DNA of 64,000 nucleotides from an uncultured bacterium (GTDB lineage Bacteria > Verrucomicrobiota > Verrucomicrobiia > Verrucomicrobiales > DEV007), in NCBI GenBank assembly GCA_963977015.1, contig CAXBMO010000018.1, positions 56,252 to 120,251 of the forward strand. The letters are read 5' to 3'. The notes under the pieces are model-generated. The model saw only the letters and a program-made list of their open reading frames with translations. It was not told the origin of the DNA and made no database searches. The translations under genes were made by a program, and so were the position numbers. Shown here in pieces: positions 30,419 to 42,085 of the stretch (its first letter is position 1; each line of letters starts with the position of its first letter).

Positions 30419-31267
30419 CTAGCTGGAACCCTCCATCGATGGTTCCGAGTCATCGCCTTTCGCGAAAATCGTGATTCCGTATTTCGCGCACAGTTCGATC
30501 ACCTTTTCTCGTTCAAGCAGCAGCGTTTTTCCCGCTTCGACCACGATCGCAGAAACCTGGGATTCTCTGGCCGTCTCAATCGTTGCCGGCCCTACGCAGG
30601 GCACATCAAACCGCAGATCCTGGTTCGGCTTGCTCACTTTCACGACCATGGCCTTGCCTTTGCCGAGTTTTCCACCGCGCTCGATCGCGCGATTGGTGCC
30701 CTCAAACGCCTCCACCGCCAACACCGTGCCGTTTTTCACGACAATGGTTTGGCCGATATCCATCCGGCTGACTTCCTTCGCGATTCCGAAGCCCCAATCC
30801 GCATCCTGGATTTGGTCGCCCTTCAACTTGGGGCCGCAGACGTGCCCGGCATCGGGAATCAGGTCGTCCAGATAAGTCGTGGCGAGGAGAAGCTCAATCC
30901 CGTCCTTGCCAAGCTCATCCGCGATCGCGCCAAAAATCGATTCCGCGTTCTTCGTCTTCAACTTGAGAAGCAGCATCGCGGTCCGGGTATCGGGAATGAT
31001 GTCAAAGAGGTTGGATGGAGCGATTTGGCCCACCATGACCGCTTGGCGGACATTTTGCTTTTTGAAGTAATTTATGACCTTTCCCAGCTGTCCAACCCGA
31101 AACCACGATAGCTCATCAACCTCAGCCTCCAAACCGGACTCCGTCTCATTGTGAAAGGCCGCAGCGACCAAGCGCTCAACGCCCGCCTTCCGGGCCGCCC
31201 GAGCAAATGTCACCGGGTAAACTCCGTTTCCGGAAATCATTCCGATGGATGAATAAATCTCTGTCAT
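30419..31267 (-). CDS. lpxI: UDP-2,3-diacylglucosamine diphosphatase LpxI
   Basis: [35 protein letters not shown]. The likely start is 31267; the ORF-track extension overlaps msrB on the other strand. Confidence 0.9.
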   Translation of the reverse strand: MTEIYSSIGMISGNGVYPVTFARAARKAGVERLVAAAFHNETESGLEAEVDELSWFRVGQLGKVINYFKKQNVRQAVMVGQIAPSNLFDIIPDTRTAMLLLKLKTKNAESIFGAIADELGKDGIELLLATTYLDDLIPDAGHVCGPKLKGDQIQDADWGFGIAKEVSRMDIGQTIVVKNGTVLAVEAFEGTNRAIERGGKLGKGKAMVVKVSKPNQDLRFDVPCVGPATIETARESQVSAIVVEAGKTLLLEREKVIELCAKYGITIFAKGDDSEPSMEGSS

Positions 31268-31354
31268 AGCATGAAAGGCGCCTCGTTCTTTATCGCACGG
31301 ACTGCCTATGGGGAGCACGATGAAAGTGAAACAAATTCGAGTCAAAGAATAGCC

Positions 31355-31864
31355 ATGAAACCCACCCCCATTTTTGCCCTCCTCATCGCATTTGCCCTCA
31401 GCAGTTGTGGCGACGAATCCACCCAACGAACCGATACCGAGGAGCTGAAAAGCAAGCTGACCGACATCCAGTATCGCGTGGCCGTGAAAAACGGAACCGA
31501 ACCACCGTTCCAAAACGAATACTGGGACAACAAGGAACCGGGAGTTTACGTCGATATCATTTCCGGTAAGCCGCTCTTTTCCTCGGCCGACAAGTTCGTT
31601 TCCGGCACGGGTTGGCCAAGTTTCACCAAACCGATCGACGAAACCGAGGTTCTTGAGGTCGCCGATCGCTCGTTCGGGATCGTCCGCACCGAAGTTCGCT
31701 CCAAAACCGGCGATACCCATCTCGGTCACGTTTTTGACGACGGACCGGCACCGACCGGCCTGCGCTACTGCATCAATTCCGCCTCGCTACGCTTCGTTCC
31801 GAAAGATGATTTGGCGAAGGAAGGCCTTGAGCGCTACATCCCAGCTCTCGAGAAGGCTGAGTGA
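31355..31864 (+). CDS. msrB: Peptide-methionine (R)-S-oxide reductase, lipoprotein
   Basis: [28 protein letters not shown]-terminal lipobox LSSC. Confidence 0.93.
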   Translation: MKPTPIFALLIAFALSSCGDESTQRTDTEELKSKLTDIQYRVAVKNGTEPPFQNEYWDNKEPGVYVDIISGKPLFSSADKFVSGTGWPSFTKPIDETEVLEVADRSFGIVRTEVRSKTGDTHLGHVFDDGPAPTGLRYCINSASLRFVPKDDLAKEGLERYIPALEKAE

Positions 31865-32012
31865 TCTTATATTTTTTATATTTTCAGCACCCACCATCTC
31901 AACCTCGCTCGTTTTTGCGAATTATGGTTCTGTTAAGTGTGGCCGAATCTAATAAAATTTGTTAATTACGAAAAATAAGATGACACGTAGGTAGCATTCG
32001 TTCTAATGCGAC

Positions 32013-33098
32013 GTGACCATGAAGATTCTCGGAACTCTCTTCATCTTGGCGCTGGTCTTCTTTTCTGCGATGCACGTTCTGCATTATCAGAGGGTGGAGA
32101 AGCCCAAGTTGTTGGATGAGGCGCAAAACCTGTTGGCGTCCGCCAATTTGGATTTATCCCCTCCCTACAGCCCGGGAGGTATGGATGTGGTGTTGCGTGG
32201 TTCGGTCGAAACGTTGGAACGCCGGGAAGAGGCCGAACGGATTGTCGATGACATTTTCGGGCTCAGAGCCCTTTCCATTCATAATCAGATTTCGGCACCG
32301 GGGATGTTCCAGACCGCCTACGATCAGCGAACGATGCAGGTTCTGATGCGGGGGAGCCTTGGCAGCAAGGAAACCGTCGATGAACTGAAAGCGGCGATCC
32401 AAAAGGGCGGAAAGATTCCGGTTCGCGACCGCGTCAAAATCCACCGCCAAATCAAGGAGCCCGGTTATTTGAAGAGCGAGCGCTTTCTCGACCTCGTTCG
32501 CAGCACGCATAAAACGCCACAACCCGTTTCCATTGCGGCGGGAGAATATTCGCTGCGATTGGCAGGCCCGGCGACCCAGGAAATGCAGGATCAATGGATG
32601 GGCATTATTCGAGACATCGAAAAGCAATCCGGAAAGAAGCTGGAGGTCGAAACCGATTTTCAACTCTTTCCTTCGTTGTATCACATGCCCGGCTACTTCC
32701 GGACGCGCCGATCTTACGAATTGAATCGTGACGAGTTCAACCGGTTTGCGGCAAAGTTGAAGCTCCATCAAATTTATTTCGATAGCGGCGAATCCAACGT
32801 CGACTACAACGACCCGGTTACCAAGAACGCGCTCGACCAACTGGCGACCTTCATCAATCAGTACCGGAACGTTTACTTTGTGATTGGCGGACACGCAGAC
32901 GCACGAGGAAGTTATCAGGCCAATCAACGACTCTCCAAACAACGGGCAGAGGCGGTGAAGGAGTGGTTGGTCTCCATGCGCAATATTGATGCTGAACGAC
33001 TCGCAGTTGTGAGTTTCGGCTCAACCATGGCTGGCGGTAATCAGGATAGCCCAGAGGCGAGAGCGAAGGCGCGACGTGTTGAGTTATTGATTCAATAA
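32013..33098 (+). CDS. OmpA-C (peptidoglycan-binding) domain protein with an N-terminal anchor and BON-like segments
   Basis: IYFDSGES…IGGHADARGS…NQRLSKQRA…RRVE. Confidence 0.85.
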   Translation: MTMKILGTLFILALVFFSAMHVLHYQRVEKPKLLDEAQNLLASANLDLSPPYSPGGMDVVLRGSVETLERREEAERIVDDIFGLRALSIHNQISAPGMFQTAYDQRTMQVLMRGSLGSKETVDELKAAIQKGGKIPVRDRVKIHRQIKEPGYLKSERFLDLVRSTHKTPQPVSIAAGEYSLRLAGPATQEMQDQWMGIIRDIEKQSGKKLEVETDFQLFPSLYHMPGYFRTRRSYELNRDEFNRFAAKLKLHQIYFDSGESNVDYNDPVTKNALDQLATFINQYRNVYFVIGGHADARGSYQANQRLSKQRAEAVKEWLVSMRNIDAERLAVVSFGSTMAGGNQDSPEARAKARRVELLIQ

Positions 33099-33178
33099 TC
33101 GTCCTTCATTCTTGAGCTATTTGTATTATATTAATTCTCAAACTTCTGAATACGTCATCCAAGTAACCATTTATTGGC

Positions 33179-35200
33179 ATGGAAGGAATCGCCTATCTTT
33201 TATCATCCGCTTTTGGCCTTACGCTCATCACGGCCATCGTCTTTGCCATTCTCGGCGCCCTTTGGGGCTGGGCCAATTGGGGGCGCGACCGAGACGCCTA
33301 CGAGCAGCGAGCATCGCAGGCACGCTACGAACTCAAGAAGGTTCAGGAGACGCTGGCCAAGGAACGGGAGGAATACACTTCGCGCCAACGCATCTGGGAA
33401 AGCGAGAATCACGATCTTGTGAAAAAGCGGAACCTCCTGCTTCAGGAGCGTGACGAACTCCTTCGCAACAAGGGTGATATCGACCGATTCCGCATCGAAG
33501 CCAACAACCTCCGCGAGCAAGTTCAGCGCGAACAGGGCGAGCGCGGAAACCTGCAAAGGGAATTGACCGGCCTTCGCGAACAACTGGTAACCGCAAAGGC
33601 AAACCGCGAGCAACTGGACGCGGAACGACAGACTCTGGAAGAGGCCCGGCAGCAACTGGAACAGGAACGCAACGATCTGCAGGCCCACGTTCAGCAACTG
33701 ACTCACGATCGCGACCACGTTAACGCCGGAGCTCAGCAGCTGGAGAACGAGCGGATGCTGGTCGAAAAATTGAAGCGCGATTTGGAAGAGCAACGTCTCG
33801 AACTCGAGATCAAGCGCCAGGAGCTCGAGAAAGCGCCTCAGGAATCCGCCGAATTGGTCGCCAAGGTTCAAGAGCTGCGGGGCGAACTTGAGGATTCGGA
33901 ACTGGAGCGCATGGAGCTCCACGAAGAAATCAACCGGCTCAATCTGGAACTCGCCAAAGGAAGCGAGACACCGCAGGAGTGGAGCGAAGAGCGTTCGCAG
34001 CTGATCAATCAATTGACGGAACTCGGAAGCGAGCGCGACGAACTGACGACGAAGTTGGCAACGTTCCAGAAGGAAGCCAAAGAAGCCGAGCTGCAGTTGG
34101 AGAGCCAGTTGGAGCAACTGGTGAAAGAGCGGGAGAAGTTGCCGGATATCGAGGGACTGGACGATGAGCTGACCGCGCTTAACGAACGTATTTCCGAGCT
34201 CGAAGTAGAACGCAAATCCTGGTCCGAGCGCGAGGAGGAGTTAACGAGCGAACGGGACAACCTCAGCAAACGCGTCGCTGAATTGGAGTCGCAGGAAGAA
34301 GATCCGGATTGGAAACTGGAACGCGTTCGGCTTGAAAACCGGATTCATGAACTTTCGAATCGGATCGACGACATCGACGAATTGGAGCGCCAAATCGTCG
34401 ACTTGAGTGGCGAACGTTCCTTCCTCTCTAAAGAGCTGACCAAAACCCGCGAGGAGGTTGACCATCTGGAACGCCGGATCGTTGATTTGAGCGGCGAACG
34501 CGCCCACCTCGCCAAGGAATTGAACGAGCGCTCGACGGACAGCCACCAGGTTGAAGAACTCAATTTGGAAATCGATCGCCTCAATCGCCGAATTTTGGAT
34601 TTGAACAACGAGCGCTCTCATCTGGCGCGCGAACTCAGCGAACGCCCCACCGATTCCCACAAATTCACCGAACTCCTGGAAGAGCGCGACCGGCTCGACC
34701 GCCAGCTCACCAGCAAGGAGATCGACATCGATCGTCTCGAGAAACGAATCGTCGACTTGAGTGGCGAACGCGCCCAACTCGCCAGAGAATTGAGCGAGCG
34801 TCCTTCCGGAAACACCGAACGCCTCGAAGCGCGGATTCGCGATCTGATGGACGAGCGGGATCGCATGGCCATGGAGCTGAAAAATCGCCACGGAGGCAGC
34901 GCCCATCTCCACGCCGAAATTCTCGACCTCAAGGAGGAACGCGACCGGCTTGCCGCCGAGTTGAGAGACCGTTCCAAGGAACGAAGCCGACTCGATCAGG
35001 AACTGGACGATTGGTCGGGCAATCGCGCTCGCCTCGAAAATCGGATCGCCGACCTGACGGACGAGCGCAACATGCTCGCGTCCAGGCTCAGCAAGGTCGA
35101 ACGCGACAACGCCGAATGGGCGGAGCAGCTCGAAAAAATCGTGCGTCGCCGCGACAACGATAACGGCGGTGCCGGAGGCGGTTCGTCCTACTACGGCTAG
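33179..35200 (+). CDS. Membrane-anchored long coiled-coil protein
   Basis: N-terminal TM helix followed by over 600 aa of E/L/R-rich heptads with a recurring L.RRI.DL..ER..LA.EL unit. Confidence 0.85.
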   Translation: MEGIAYLLSSAFGLTLITAIVFAILGALWGWANWGRDRDAYEQRASQARYELKKVQETLAKEREEYTSRQRIWESENHDLVKKRNLLLQERDELLRNKGDIDRFRIEANNLREQVQREQGERGNLQRELTGLREQLVTAKANREQLDAERQTLEEARQQLEQERNDLQAHVQQLTHDRDHVNAGAQQLENERMLVEKLKRDLEEQRLELEIKRQELEKAPQESAELVAKVQELRGELEDSELERMELHEEINRLNLELAKGSETPQEWSEERSQLINQLTELGSERDELTTKLATFQKEAKEAELQLESQLEQLVKEREKLPDIEGLDDELTALNERISELEVERKSWSEREEELTSERDNLSKRVAELESQEEDPDWKLERVRLENRIHELSNRIDDIDELERQIVDLSGERSFLSKELTKTREEVDHLERRIVDLSGERAHLAKELNERSTDSHQVEELNLEIDRLNRRILDLNNERSHLARELSERPTDSHKFTELLEERDRLDRQLTSKEIDIDRLEKRIVDLSGERAQLARELSERPSGNTERLEARIRDLMDERDRMAMELKNRHGGSAHLHAEILDLKEERDRLAAELRDRSKERSRLDQELDDWSGNRARLENRIADLTDERNMLASRLSKVERDNAEWAEQLEKIVRRRDNDNGGAGGGSSYYG

Positions 35201-35204
35201 AAGC

Positions 35205-37289
<2,085 letters not shown>

Positions 37290-37323
37290 GGGCGATTCAC
37301 TCCTAACCCAGACCTCCGGCATT

Positions 37324-37989
37324 TCAACCGGCGTCGTCAGATTGCGAGGGCTTGGATTCGACCGATTTGAGAAGGCCCAACTGCGTTTCCAGATGACTTT
37401 GCAGCTTCTTCGAGAAGTCCTCAACGGTGATGGGCTGCCTGGTTTCCAGCTCCACGGAGGTCATCCTCACATCGGCAATCCCGCAGGGAACGATCGCGTC
37501 AAATCCCCGCAGGTCCTTTGCCACATTGATCGCGAATCCATGCATGCTGACCCATTTGCGAACGCCGACGCCAATCGAGGCGATTTTCCGGGTCTCAATC
37601 CAAACGCCAGTGAGCCCTTCACGTCGGCCCGCCTCAATCCCGACGTCACCGCAACCATCAATCAGTGCTTGCTCAATCGCGCGCAGAAAAACGTGGAGGT
37701 CTTTGCCCATTTGGGTCAAATCCAGGATCAGGTAACCGACCAGCTGCCCCGGGCCGTGATAGGTCGCCTGGCCGCCTCGATTGATCTCAACCACGTTCAG
37801 CCCCTGCTCTTGAGCGTCGCGTAAACTGGAACGATCGCGCGTGCGTCCGATCGTGTAAACGGGATCGTGCTCGAGGAACAACACCGTATCCGGAATCTCC
37901 CCCGCTTGCCGTTTCGCAACGAGATTCTCCTGAAGAGTCAGTCCTTCTTCGTACGAAACACGGCCAAGCCATTGAAAATCGAGCGCCAT
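37324..37989 (-). CDS. lipB: Lipoyl(octanoyl) transferase
   Basis: [33 protein letters not shown]. Confidence 0.95.
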   Translation of the reverse strand: MALDFQWLGRVSYEEGLTLQENLVAKRQAGEIPDTVLFLEHDPVYTIGRTRDRSSLRDAQEQGLNVVEINRGGQATYHGPGQLVGYLILDLTQMGKDLHVFLRAIEQALIDGCGDVGIEAGRREGLTGVWIETRKIASIGVGVRKWVSMHGFAINVAKDLRGFDAIVPCGIADVRMTSVELETRQPITVEDFSKKLQSHLETQLGLLKSVESKPSQSDDAG

Positions 37990-38025
37990 AAACGGACAGA
38001 TCGATAAGACCGATCCTCTGCCGGG

Positions 38026-38559
38026 TCAAATCGCAGCGCGGGCGGTTCCGAGCATGTTGCCCATCGCTTCCGTGTAAAAATGGGCGAGTCCAATCGCGAG
38101 CGCGTCAGCGGCGTCACTCGGCGGAGTCTCCGTCAATCCGAGCAAGGCTCGCATCATGAACGCGATCTGGTCTTTCGTGGCCGAACCGCGACCGACGACG
38201 GCTTGTTTGACTCGTTTGGGAGCGTATTCGTGAATTTTGAGACCGTTTTCCGCCGCCGCGATCAACGCCGCACCTCGCGCGGCGCCCATCGTGATCGCCG
38301 TCTTGAAACTCTGAACGTAGATGATCGATTCGATCGCGCAGACATCTGGCTGATGCTCGCGAATCACCTCGGCAATCTGGCTTCTCGTCGCCACCAGGCA
38401 CTCCGACTGACTCAGTTTCGGCGGGTTGTGGACCACTCCGTAGGTCAACGTCTTGTAGAGATCTTTCTGGGGGATTCTTCGCCCGTCGGGAGAAGCAACT
38501 TTTTCGAGAACGGCGTAACCCGTGTTCCGCAATGCAGGATCGATTGAAATGACGCGCAT
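38026..38559 (-). CDS. ruvC: Crossover junction endodeoxyribonuclease
   Basis: SIDP, AIE, VKQAVVGRGSATKDQ, DAADALA. Confidence 0.95.
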   Translation of the reverse strand: MRVISIDPALRNTGYAVLEKVASPDGRRIPQKDLYKTLTYGVVHNPPKLSQSECLVATRSQIAEVIREHQPDVCAIESIIYVQSFKTAITMGAARGAALIAAAENGLKIHEYAPKRVKQAVVGRGSATKDQIAFMMRALLGLTETPPSDAADALAIGLAHFYTEAMGNMLGTARAAI

Positions 38560-38659
38560 GTATGATTTCCAGGCTTTGGCTTGGAAAAAACTTAAGCTCT
38601 CTTTAACATTCCGACAGCCTAAAAACCCATTTTTTGCAGTTGTCAGGCAGAAGCAGGTT

Positions 38660-39442
38660 TCAAGGCTGCGAGCCGACCGCCGTTTGAACCTGCTCGAGCA
38701 CCATCTCCGGCGTAACGCGAACCCGCCAATTCTCCGTCAACTCCGACCAGAGAATTTCCCCCTCTTTCCCGATCAGGAATACCGCCGGTCGGGCGATATC
38801 GCCGTTGCTGAACGGATCCGCACCCACGTGGCGAAGTCCAAACGCGTCAATCGCCTGAAAATCTGGATCCGCCAGGACCGGGTAATCCAGATTCAGTTTC
38901 GCCATCTTCTCACCAATCACTTCCGAGCGTTCAGAACTGATGGCGAGCACTTCAGCCCCGGCCTCACGAATTTCCGAAATTTTCGACTGCAAACCTTGCA
39001 GTTCAGAAATGCAGAACGGTCACCAATGCCCCCGGTAAAACGTGAGAACGACCAGTTTCCCTCGATAGTCATCCAAACGAACGGTTTGCCCATTCGCATC
39101 CGTGAGCTCAAAACCGGGAGCCTGTTTCAAGGCCAGGGTTTGCGGAGTTGGTTCCGGCACCTGGTAGGAAATCACGAAAACGTAGGCCAGAAACAGAGCG
39201 AGAAAGAAAAAGGAAACCACCACCCCGGTCGATTGAAAAAGCCGGCTCCAACGGCCCGCTGAAGCCCAATTCTTTCGCAGACCTAACACCGTCAGAACAA
39301 ATCCCAGGATGATCAGGGGCAGACTGATCCAGGGAACATCCCGCGTTGCGGGGAATCGAGCAAATACCAGGAAGTAACTGACAAACGCAACAAACGTCAG
39401 CAACGGACCAAGCCAGCCCATAGATCGAAGCATTCTATTCAA
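38660..39442 (-). CDS. Membrane-anchored AhpC/TSA (peroxiredoxin-like) selenoprotein with a UxxC motif
   Basis: The ORF-track pieces 39020-39442 and 38660-38992 share a frame. Reading through TGA at 39022-39020 gives LTFYRGHW-U-PFCISELQGLQSK. A SECIS-like hairpin follows, and there are 3 N-terminal TM helices. Confidence 0.85.
38985..39004 (-). promoter_or_regulatory. Bacterial SECIS-like hairpin
   Basis: GAACUGCAA-GGU-UUGCAGUC at +16 to +35 from the UGA. Perfect stem ACUGCAA/UUGCAGU with a GGU apical loop. Confidence 0.75.
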
Positions 39443-39562
39443 AATTCTTGCTGGTGGAGTTCACTTGGAATCCCCACCACATAGTAAAGTTTATTGTTAT
39501 AGTACAACTCGAATCGATACCAACATTTGAAATGATTCAATGTTCTCATCGCATAAGAAGAC

Positions 39563-39607
39563 AAAAAAGCGCCACGGATGTGCCGTAGCTAAACGTCCGG
39601 GCGCTTT
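39563..39607 (-). terminator. Rho-independent terminator after the 6S RNA
   Basis: Minus strand AAAGCGCCCGGACG…CATCCGTGGCGC-TTTTTT: a GC-rich hairpin plus a U-tract. Confidence 0.75.
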
Positions 39608-39610
39608 AAA

Positions 39611-39800
39611 GTTTCCCACGTGTGCCGTCCATGGTTTCAAGGACCACGTTCCCATGGCCTCTCTAGGTGGGTGGCCGCTAAAACGAGCTTGAATCTGCCT
39701 TCCAGTAAAGGCCTGACATCAGCCAGCCGGCGAGCCTCCCTTGTAGGTTATAACGGTTCGGGCCTATCATACCATCTGGTGGTCGAACACTGCAGGAAAT
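39611..39800 (-). ncRNA. ssrS: 6S RNA
   Basis: About 190 nt. The 5' end UUUCCUGCAGUGUUCG pairs with the 3' end ACGGCACACGUGGGAAA. Contains the 6S-typical motifs CCGAAC…GGGAG and CACCCACCU. Confidence 0.85.
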
Positions 39801-39897
39801 TCGTTCTATCTACCGTTCTTGAGCCGATAGACAGAATAAATCCAATTCATTCTCAAAGAGCAATCGGTGCCATATCGCATCGTCCTCTGTTAGTTGG

Positions 39898-39926
39898 ATA
39901 TTCTCGAATCCGCCCTTCAATGTCAA
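39898..39926 (-). promoter_or_regulatory. Sigma70-type promoter of the 6S RNA
   Basis: TTGACA-N17-GAATAT on the minus strand, about 100 nt upstream of the mature 6S start. Confidence 0.55.
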
Positions 39927-39979
39927 TCTCGAAAAGACAAGGAATTCACGATTCCAAGGTGTTAGGATTTTCGATCCAC

Positions 39980-40540
39980 CTAGACCAAGGTTAACAAAGC
40001 CAAAATCCTCTCATTGAGCTGTTGTTGCCATTTCTCAAGAAAGGAGAGTTTTGTGTAGATTTGACGGAGTTCGCCAACATCACCGGTTCCCAGATCCATC
40101 ATTTCCTGAGCCTGGGTGACGGCGCCTAACGTTGACTGAAGCTGGGTTTGAACCTCAACTTCTTCTTCCGCCAACAAGGCTTTCGCCAGAGCGGAAGTTG
40201 CTCCCTTTCTTTTGCTCAAAAAGGAGTCCGCTTTCTGAATGGTGCTGCCGACCGACGCAAACAGCTGCATCAATTCCTCACTCAATCCTGCATCCCCCGT
40301 TGCGGAATTCGGAGCGATGAGTTCCAACAAATGGCGAATTCGGCTCGCGGAATTGCTCAGCGTTTTCCAGGCGAGGTTCAATTGAGCACTTCGCTCAACA
40401 AGCTCTTCTTTTTGCGCTGGATCAGACGCTTTGTCCGGATGAATCTCGCCCGCCAATTCATGGTAGCGGGTTTTCAGCGCCTCATCATCAATCGCGGCAT
40501 GGCGCGGAATGCCCAACAACGCAAAAAAATCGTCGCTCAT
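39980..40540 (-). CDS. hscB: HscB-like J-domain co-chaperone
   Basis: DFFALLG…IHPD…SAQLNLAWKTL…R..HLL. ATGA-coupled to the iscA-like gene. Confidence 0.75.
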   Translation of the reverse strand: MSDDFFALLGIPRHAAIDDEALKTRYHELAGEIHPDKASDPAQKEELVERSAQLNLAWKTLSNSASRIRHLLELIAPNSATGDAGLSEELMQLFASVGSTIQKADSFLSKRKGATSALAKALLAEEEVEVQTQLQSTLGAVTQAQEMMDLGTGDVGELRQIYTKLSFLEKWQQQLNERILALLTLV

Positions 40541-40944
40541 GCGGCAAAACTCTCTCCGCAGGAGCACGTCACGCTCGCATTCGGATTGGTCACTTTGAAA
40601 CCGCCGCTTTGGAGGTCGTCGCTGAAATCCAGTTCTGAACCGCTGACGAAAAGCGCGCTTTTCGGATCGATAACCACCCGAACGTCACCGGTTTCCACGA
40701 TGATGTCACGATTCACGGGTCCATCGACCAAATCCATCTTGTATTGAAGTCCGGAACAGCCTCCCCCCACGACCGCGACGCGAAGCGCCCCCAGATCGAG
40801 CCGCCCCTGTTTCTGCAAAAGGCCGCGAAGCCGGTCCGAAGCGTTCGGAAGAACCTTGATCAGCTTTTCGTTGCCGACTTTCAGGTTGATTCCCGGGTAG
40901 CGGCTCGTGATATCGGTTGGAGTGGCGGTAACGGTTTCTGACAT
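40537..40944 (-). CDS. A-type Fe-S carrier (IscA/HesB family)
   Basis: VVGGGCSGLQY and NPNASVTCSCGESF. Confidence 0.93.
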   Translation of the reverse strand: MSETVTATPTDITSRYPGINLKVGNEKLIKVLPNASDRLRGLLQKQGRLDLGALRVAVVGGGCSGLQYKMDLVDGPVNRDIIVETGDVRVVIDPKSALFVSGSELDFSDDLQSGGFKVTNPNASVTCSCGESFAA

Positions 40945-40992
40945 GCTGAATTCGGTAAGGAGTTTAGGAATGAGACGAAGCGGCAGTTCCTT

Positions 40993-41454
40993 TCATCGCC
41001 GATTGAAGCTCGTCATGGCGCGACACGCTTCCCGATCCTGATCACGTTTCTTGATATCCTCGCGTTTGTCGGCCTGCATCTTGCCGCGCGCGACGCCGAG
41101 TTCGATTTTGACGAGCTGATCTTTCCAGTAGGCTCGCAATGCGACCAAGGTAAGCCCCTTCTCGGCCGTATAACCGTTGAGCTTGAGAATCTCCTTCTTG
41201 TGAAGCAACAGGCGCCGAGCTCGCTTTGCCTCGTGCTGCTCGTAACTGGCGCGCTCGTATTGCTGAATGTCGCATCCATGCAGCCAAATTTGGCCCTTAT
41301 CGACGCGGGCAAACGAATCCCGAAGATTGATTCGCCCCGCCCGAACAGACTTCACCTCAGTGCCGCGCAATTCGATCCCCGCCTCGAAGGTTTCCAGAAT
41401 ATGGAATTCGTGACGAGCTTTCTTGTTCGAAGCGATGTCTTTGCGCTGACTCAT
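40993..41454 (-). CDS. smpB: SsrA-binding protein
   Basis: NKKARHEF, EAGIELRGTEVKSVR, LLLHKKEI, DKRE. Confidence 0.96.
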   Translation of the reverse strand: MSQRKDIASNKKARHEFHILETFEAGIELRGTEVKSVRAGRINLRDSFARVDKGQIWLHGCDIQQYERASYEQHEAKRARRLLLHKKEILKLNGYTAEKGLTLVALRAYWKDQLVKIELGVARGKMQADKREDIKKRDQDREACRAMTSFNRR

Positions 41455-41518
41455 TCTTCCTAATCAATCGCAGATCGCGAAACAACTGCAACTCAAGTCG
41501 TCGAAATCAGGACACGAC

Positions 41519-41543
41519 AAAAAAGTCGTTCCGCCAAGGAACG
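41519..41543 (-). terminator. Putative terminator after rpoZ
   Basis: Minus strand CGTTCC-TTGGC-GGAACG-AC-TTTTTT. Confidence 0.5.
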
Positions 41544-41582
41544 GGGTGGTTGAAACCGTATCAAAGAGAGAGCAGCCCTTGG

Positions 41583-41879
41583 CTACTCTTCTTCCAAACC
41601 GGGAAATTCGGTGATTTCTCCGTCGCTCAGAACGATTTTGCCTTCGATGATCTCGCGAAGGGCAATATCAGCCTGTCCCAAGCGCTCGATCACTCGAATC
41701 AATGGGGGTCGGCCATTGTTCAGCTGTCGCACGCGTTGCGACACCATGTTAATAAGGACGGGTGGGTCTTGAACGACGGCTGCAGCCTGTTCGACTAAAT
41801 CACTTCTCATAGCGGATTTGGGTGCTCCTCCAGCCGCTGGTTCGGTTCCGGTAAAAGAGACGATTTTCGGGTCCGACAT
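41583..41879 (-). CDS. rpoZ: RNA polymerase subunit omega
   Basis: LINMVSQRVRQL…PLI…DIALREIIEGKI. The start may be the downstream ATG (MRSDLV). Confidence 0.85.
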   Translation of the reverse strand: MSDPKIVSFTGTEPAAGGAPKSAMRSDLVEQAAAVVQDPPVLINMVSQRVRQLNNGRPPLIRVIERLGQADIALREIIEGKIVLSDGEITEFPGLEEE

Positions 41880-42085
41880 CGGGAATGGGAGCAGTTAAGG
41901 TAGTGCCAACAACGGCAGGTTTGGGATCAGTTGGGCCAGGGTTGAATGGAACGCGCTCTCTACCATCTTGAGGCTCGATTTCAAGCTCAAAATCGCGTCA
42001 ATTTGACCCATCATCAACTCAAGAAGGAGAATTTCCTGCGATTCCCAAGGCCCAATGATGACTTCGAATCAGAAAAGGCTGCCTT

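Noticed and set aside
31268-31729. N-terminal extension of LpxI
   Set aside because: It is antisense to msrB. LpxI similarity begins at ATG 31267.
33179-35200. SMC or phage tape-measure protein
   Set aside because: There are no Walker motifs or hinge domain, and no phage genes nearby.
39020-39022. TGA as a nonsense mutation (pseudogene)
   Set aside because: It falls exactly on the catalytic Cys position, both halves are intact, and a SECIS-like hairpin follows. Sec recoding explains it better, pending a check for sel genes.
39611-39800. tmRNA (ssrA), suggested by the nearby smpB
   Set aside because: It lacks the GGGG 5' end and the T-arm/CCA tRNA-like 3' end. Its length and motifs fit 6S RNA.
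39620-39994. 124-aa + strand ORF
   Set aside because: It is antisense to the 6S RNA and its promoter and has no recognisable protein features.
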